Shown here: one piece after another, positions 60,841-64,000 of the stretch
Layout of the letters: every line of letters begins with the position of its first letter
Numbering within the stretch: position 1 is the first letter of the stretch
NCBI GenBank assembly: GCA_030390025.1
Contig: CM059446.1
Location: forward strand, 51,336,001 to 51,400,000
Reading direction: 5' to 3'
DNA: 64,000 nt
Source of the DNA: Squalus acanthias
Lineage: Eukaryota
The notes under the pieces: model-generated
Told to the model about the DNA's origin: nothing
Database searches by the model: none
What the model saw: only the letters and a program-made list of their open reading frames with translations
Position numbers and translations under genes: made by a program

Positions 60841-61164
60841 TCTCACTTTGCACTCTCCTCTGTAACACTTTGATCAAAGGGTCGATACTCACGAGATAAG
60901 ATGAGACTTTTGTAAAAAAAAATCATCACTTCAAAAAGCAAACCTCACAGAATATTAGAAAGTAAGAAAAACCAACCTGAATTATTCATAACTTGACACC
61001 ATGTTCTCCTCCGAGGGTAGGACTGATTTTTGAATAATCGTTTTACACCCTTGAGGAGACCAGCTGGACTGGGCTGCAGTACAAAACTTATTTCATTTGA
61101 TAAGTTTGCTTCATTTTTAGAGTCATCGATTTGAGATGATGGGGGATCCCTCCCACCCCCCACT

Positions 61165-61450
61165 TTCCTGGGGGTGCTGGGTTATGGCTTCCACAGGTGC
61201 CTGGGGCCCTCGTACCTCACCCAGGTGACCATTCTTTATGTGTGAGTGAATGCCGCAAGGTCACTTAACTGCAGAAGGCAGTCCCTGGTCCCTGTCCTCA
61301 GCCAGAGTCCATTCATGGACATTCTGCTGGAGGGATCATTGGATAGTAATCAGGAGTAGGAACCCTGATGGAGGTGGAACCTAAGACCTTTCTTGTCTTT
61401 ATGCCTCAATACCATACCAGCCAGTACCTTTACCCAGTGAGCCATGAGGG
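61165..61450 (-). mobile_element. AmnSINE2-like SINE
   Basis: gtacctcacccaggtgaccattc...ggatagtaatcaggagtaggaaccctg...tacccagtgagccat (A box). Confidence 0.65.
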
Positions 61451-61489
61451 GATTGCGGGGGGGGGGGGGGGGGGGGGCGGTGTCGGGGA

Positions 61490-62113
61490 CATGAATGCCG
61501 AATCAAATGAGGAAATATTAGATGGGGTGGCCAGAAAGCTTGATCAAGGAGGTTTTAAGGAGGGTCTTAAAGGAGGAGAGGAAGGTGAAGAGGTGAGGGA
61601 TTTAGGGAGGGAATTCCTTAGCATGAGGCCTAGATGGCTGAAGGCATGGCCGATAATGGTGGAGTGAGGGTGGGGGACATGAGGGTTGCACAAGGGACCA
61701 GAACCCTGAAGAGTTCGGGGGGTGGGAGGGGTTCTAGGGCTGGAGGGGCAAGGCCATGAAGGAATCTAAACACACGGATGAGAATTTTAAATTGGAAGTG
61801 TCAGGTACCGGGAGCCAATGTAGTTCAGGAAGGACAGGGGTGATCGGTGAGCGGGATAGGATACTGGCAGCAGTGTTTTGGATGAACTGAAGCTTATGGT
61901 GGGCAGAGGATAGGAGATTGGTCAGAAGAGCATTGGAATAGTGGAGTCTGGGGGTGACAAATTCATGGCTGACAATTCCAATAGTGAATGGGCTAAGGTA
62001 GGAACTGAGGGGGGTGATGTAACGAGGTTGGATGTAGGCGGTCTTTGTAATGGAGAGAGTACACGATTGGAAACTCTGCTCAGGGCCGAAAAGGACGCCA
62101 AGGCGGTCTGGAT
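61490..62113 (-). mobile_element. L2 ORF2 C-terminal remnant
   Basis: ORF 61734-62117: FVTPRLHYSNALL...KLQFIQNTAASIL...PITPVLPELHWLPV. Confidence 0.88.
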
Positions 62114-62864
62114 TCACACGTGACGAGCGACCAGTTGTGCAAGGTACCGGAGGGCAGCTGTTCCCTCTGGAATAGTCTCCCAGTGAGAGTTAGCACCTTT
62201 AGGGAGGAGGGGAGAAAACTCCGAGGGAATATAGGAGGTTGTAGTAGCAAAGTTCAGCTCAGATAACCAATACACAACAGGGGTGTCAGTGAGCGAAGTG
62301 ATCGAGACAGAGACAGAATTCTTGATGCTTTCAAAATCTGTTTGACAAAATAAAAATCTATAGTTTACAGAAATTTGTGTATGAAATTGATATCACATTC
62401 TGAATGAAGTGGTGATGGGTAGTATTGGATCTGCATCCGAGCACAGCCTGTGTGTGTGTCAGTGGTTTGGGTCTTGGCCACTGTAAGAGGAAAGTGATAG
62501 GTAGAGTATTACGGTAGAGTATTACAGAGACTGGTGGGTTGGTGAGAAGTCCGTTCTGTAAGGGAATGACTGTGCTAGTGCTCCAATAAACAATGGGGTG
62601 GATCTTGACTTTATGCGACAGTGTAAAGCGGGTGATAGCGAATCGGCAGGCCGCTTTACATCTCTCCCGAGTTTTGTTTCAATTGACTTCAACAGAAATA
62701 AAAACCGGGCTGCCGAGTCGCCATCACCTGTTTTTGCACTGTCGCCCAGAGTCAAAATGACCCCCAATGTTACAAAAAAGCAAACATGAATGTGCAACAC
62801 CCACTGTGTATTTGTGAAGAATTAATTTGATGGGGCAACATAAGCAATTAAGAAAAAGTATGTG

Positions 62865-63225
62865 GCAGTTTTTTTGTCTTCCCTGCTCCTCCCCCTGCTA
62901 GACTATGGTTCTGGAGGCACTGGTCACCCATTCATTCAAGTACCCGTTATTCATGTGCCAGGCTATTTGACTGTGGACGGCATCACAACTCATCCTCACT
63001 CAATATCTGAACACGTGTACTTTCCAGCCGGCCACTGGTTAGCCATCAGGAGTAGGATCCCATGCTGATTTTATTATCTCTCCCCCGCCCCCCCCCTCCC
63101 CGAAGTCCAGGGGTGCAGAGGACAATTGTACTGCCCCTAACACTGCCCTAAGTAAGGTGAGTTAACTCAGCACAGAGCAGAGTTGTAACCTGGACCTTCT
63201 GGTCTGTCTGGCATAGTTCCATATT
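62865..63225 (-). mobile_element. AmnSINE2-like SINE
   Basis: ccaggctatttgac...tttccagccggccactgg...aactcagcacagagc...cctggaccttctggtctg; a further + strand tail fragment lies at 62115-62225. Confidence 0.6.
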
Positions 63226-63782
63226 GGATAAATTTGTCAAGGCATCGGGGAGCCTCAAAAGCTTGGTCTCTGCGAGCTGAGAGCTGCGTATCGTATTTAT
63301 CAGGATGAGGTCAGCACAAATTGATGCCTTTCTGCGCATTTTTTTTTTGTCGTAACACCCCAAGTTTGTCAGAAACTCCTTTTCATGGTTCTCTTTCACA
63401 AAGTGAGAAACCCATCACCGATGCATCCAGCAATCCAATATTTCCTTTTCATACGAAAACTGAACGGTTCTCCTAACAATTTTATATCAAGACAAGCCCA
63501 AAGAGAGCCAGGTCTGCAACCCAAGTGAAGTGATCATTTAACCAACTGGGTCCTATAAATGAGATGCTATCTATTGCTTGGGCACACAGGCTGACATTCC
63601 ATTCTTGGATCTGACGTACACCTCCAGTTGTGCACATTTCAAACATTTTTAAAAAATTCTTTGAAAAATAATTCATTTGAGGATTACCGTTTCAAACTTA
63701 CATTTGAATGGGTTAAGGAAGCACTTGTCATATGGGGAAGAGGAATATTAAACTAAAGAGAAAACCCACAATTACTGGGACA

Positions 63783-63863
63783 CTGAAATAAACAGAAAAT
63801 TCTGCAAAAGGCACATCAAAAGACAGGTTAATGTTTCAGGGTAGAGACCCCTGGTCAGAACTG
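63783..63863 (-). mobile_element. Penelope-like terminal repeat relic with hammerhead core
   Basis: Minus strand: CAGTT CTGACCA GGGGT CTCT ACCCT GAAAC ATT AACCTG, then an ...attttctgtttatttcag tail. Confidence 0.6.
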
Positions 63864-64000
63864 ATCAAGAAAAGTGGGATGACCCCTTTATAGGACTGTG
63901 CAAGACAGAGGGGAGAGGAGTAGAACAGGTTAAGGATCAGAGTGCAGTTATTCAGTTACAGGGAGGCAGTCATTCACTGGTTAACAAGTGCTGGACAGTT

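Overview
Non-coding vertebrate genomic DNA, most likely from a shark/elasmobranch (inferred from DeuSINE/SacSINE1-like SINEs, CR1, L2, RTE and Penelope-type relics). I found no intact protein-coding gene: the long ORFs are retrotransposon remnants or minisatellite artefacts. The central feature is a miR-9 precursor on the + strand, with exact canonical 5p (29614-29636) and 3p (29653-29674) arms. It lies in a splice-site-bounded candidate exon (29552-29821) of an inferred host lncRNA with up to three candidate promoters (~18.8, ~21.1 and ~29.3 kb). The locus sits in a ~20-kb nearly transposon-free, CpG-retaining domain (~11.7-31.6 kb) flanked by TE-dense DNA. Other notable items: a strong CTCF site with its upstream motif, a split REST/RE1 site, three decayed Penelope-type hammerhead ribozyme motifs, two hAT MITEs with 8-bp TSDs carrying NRF1 sites, nested TE stacks, two minisatellites with internal higher-order structure, and distal enhancer-like islands at ~52.5 and 56.8-60.5 kb. 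Repeat family names come from remembered consensus sequences, not database searches, and TE boundaries are approximate.
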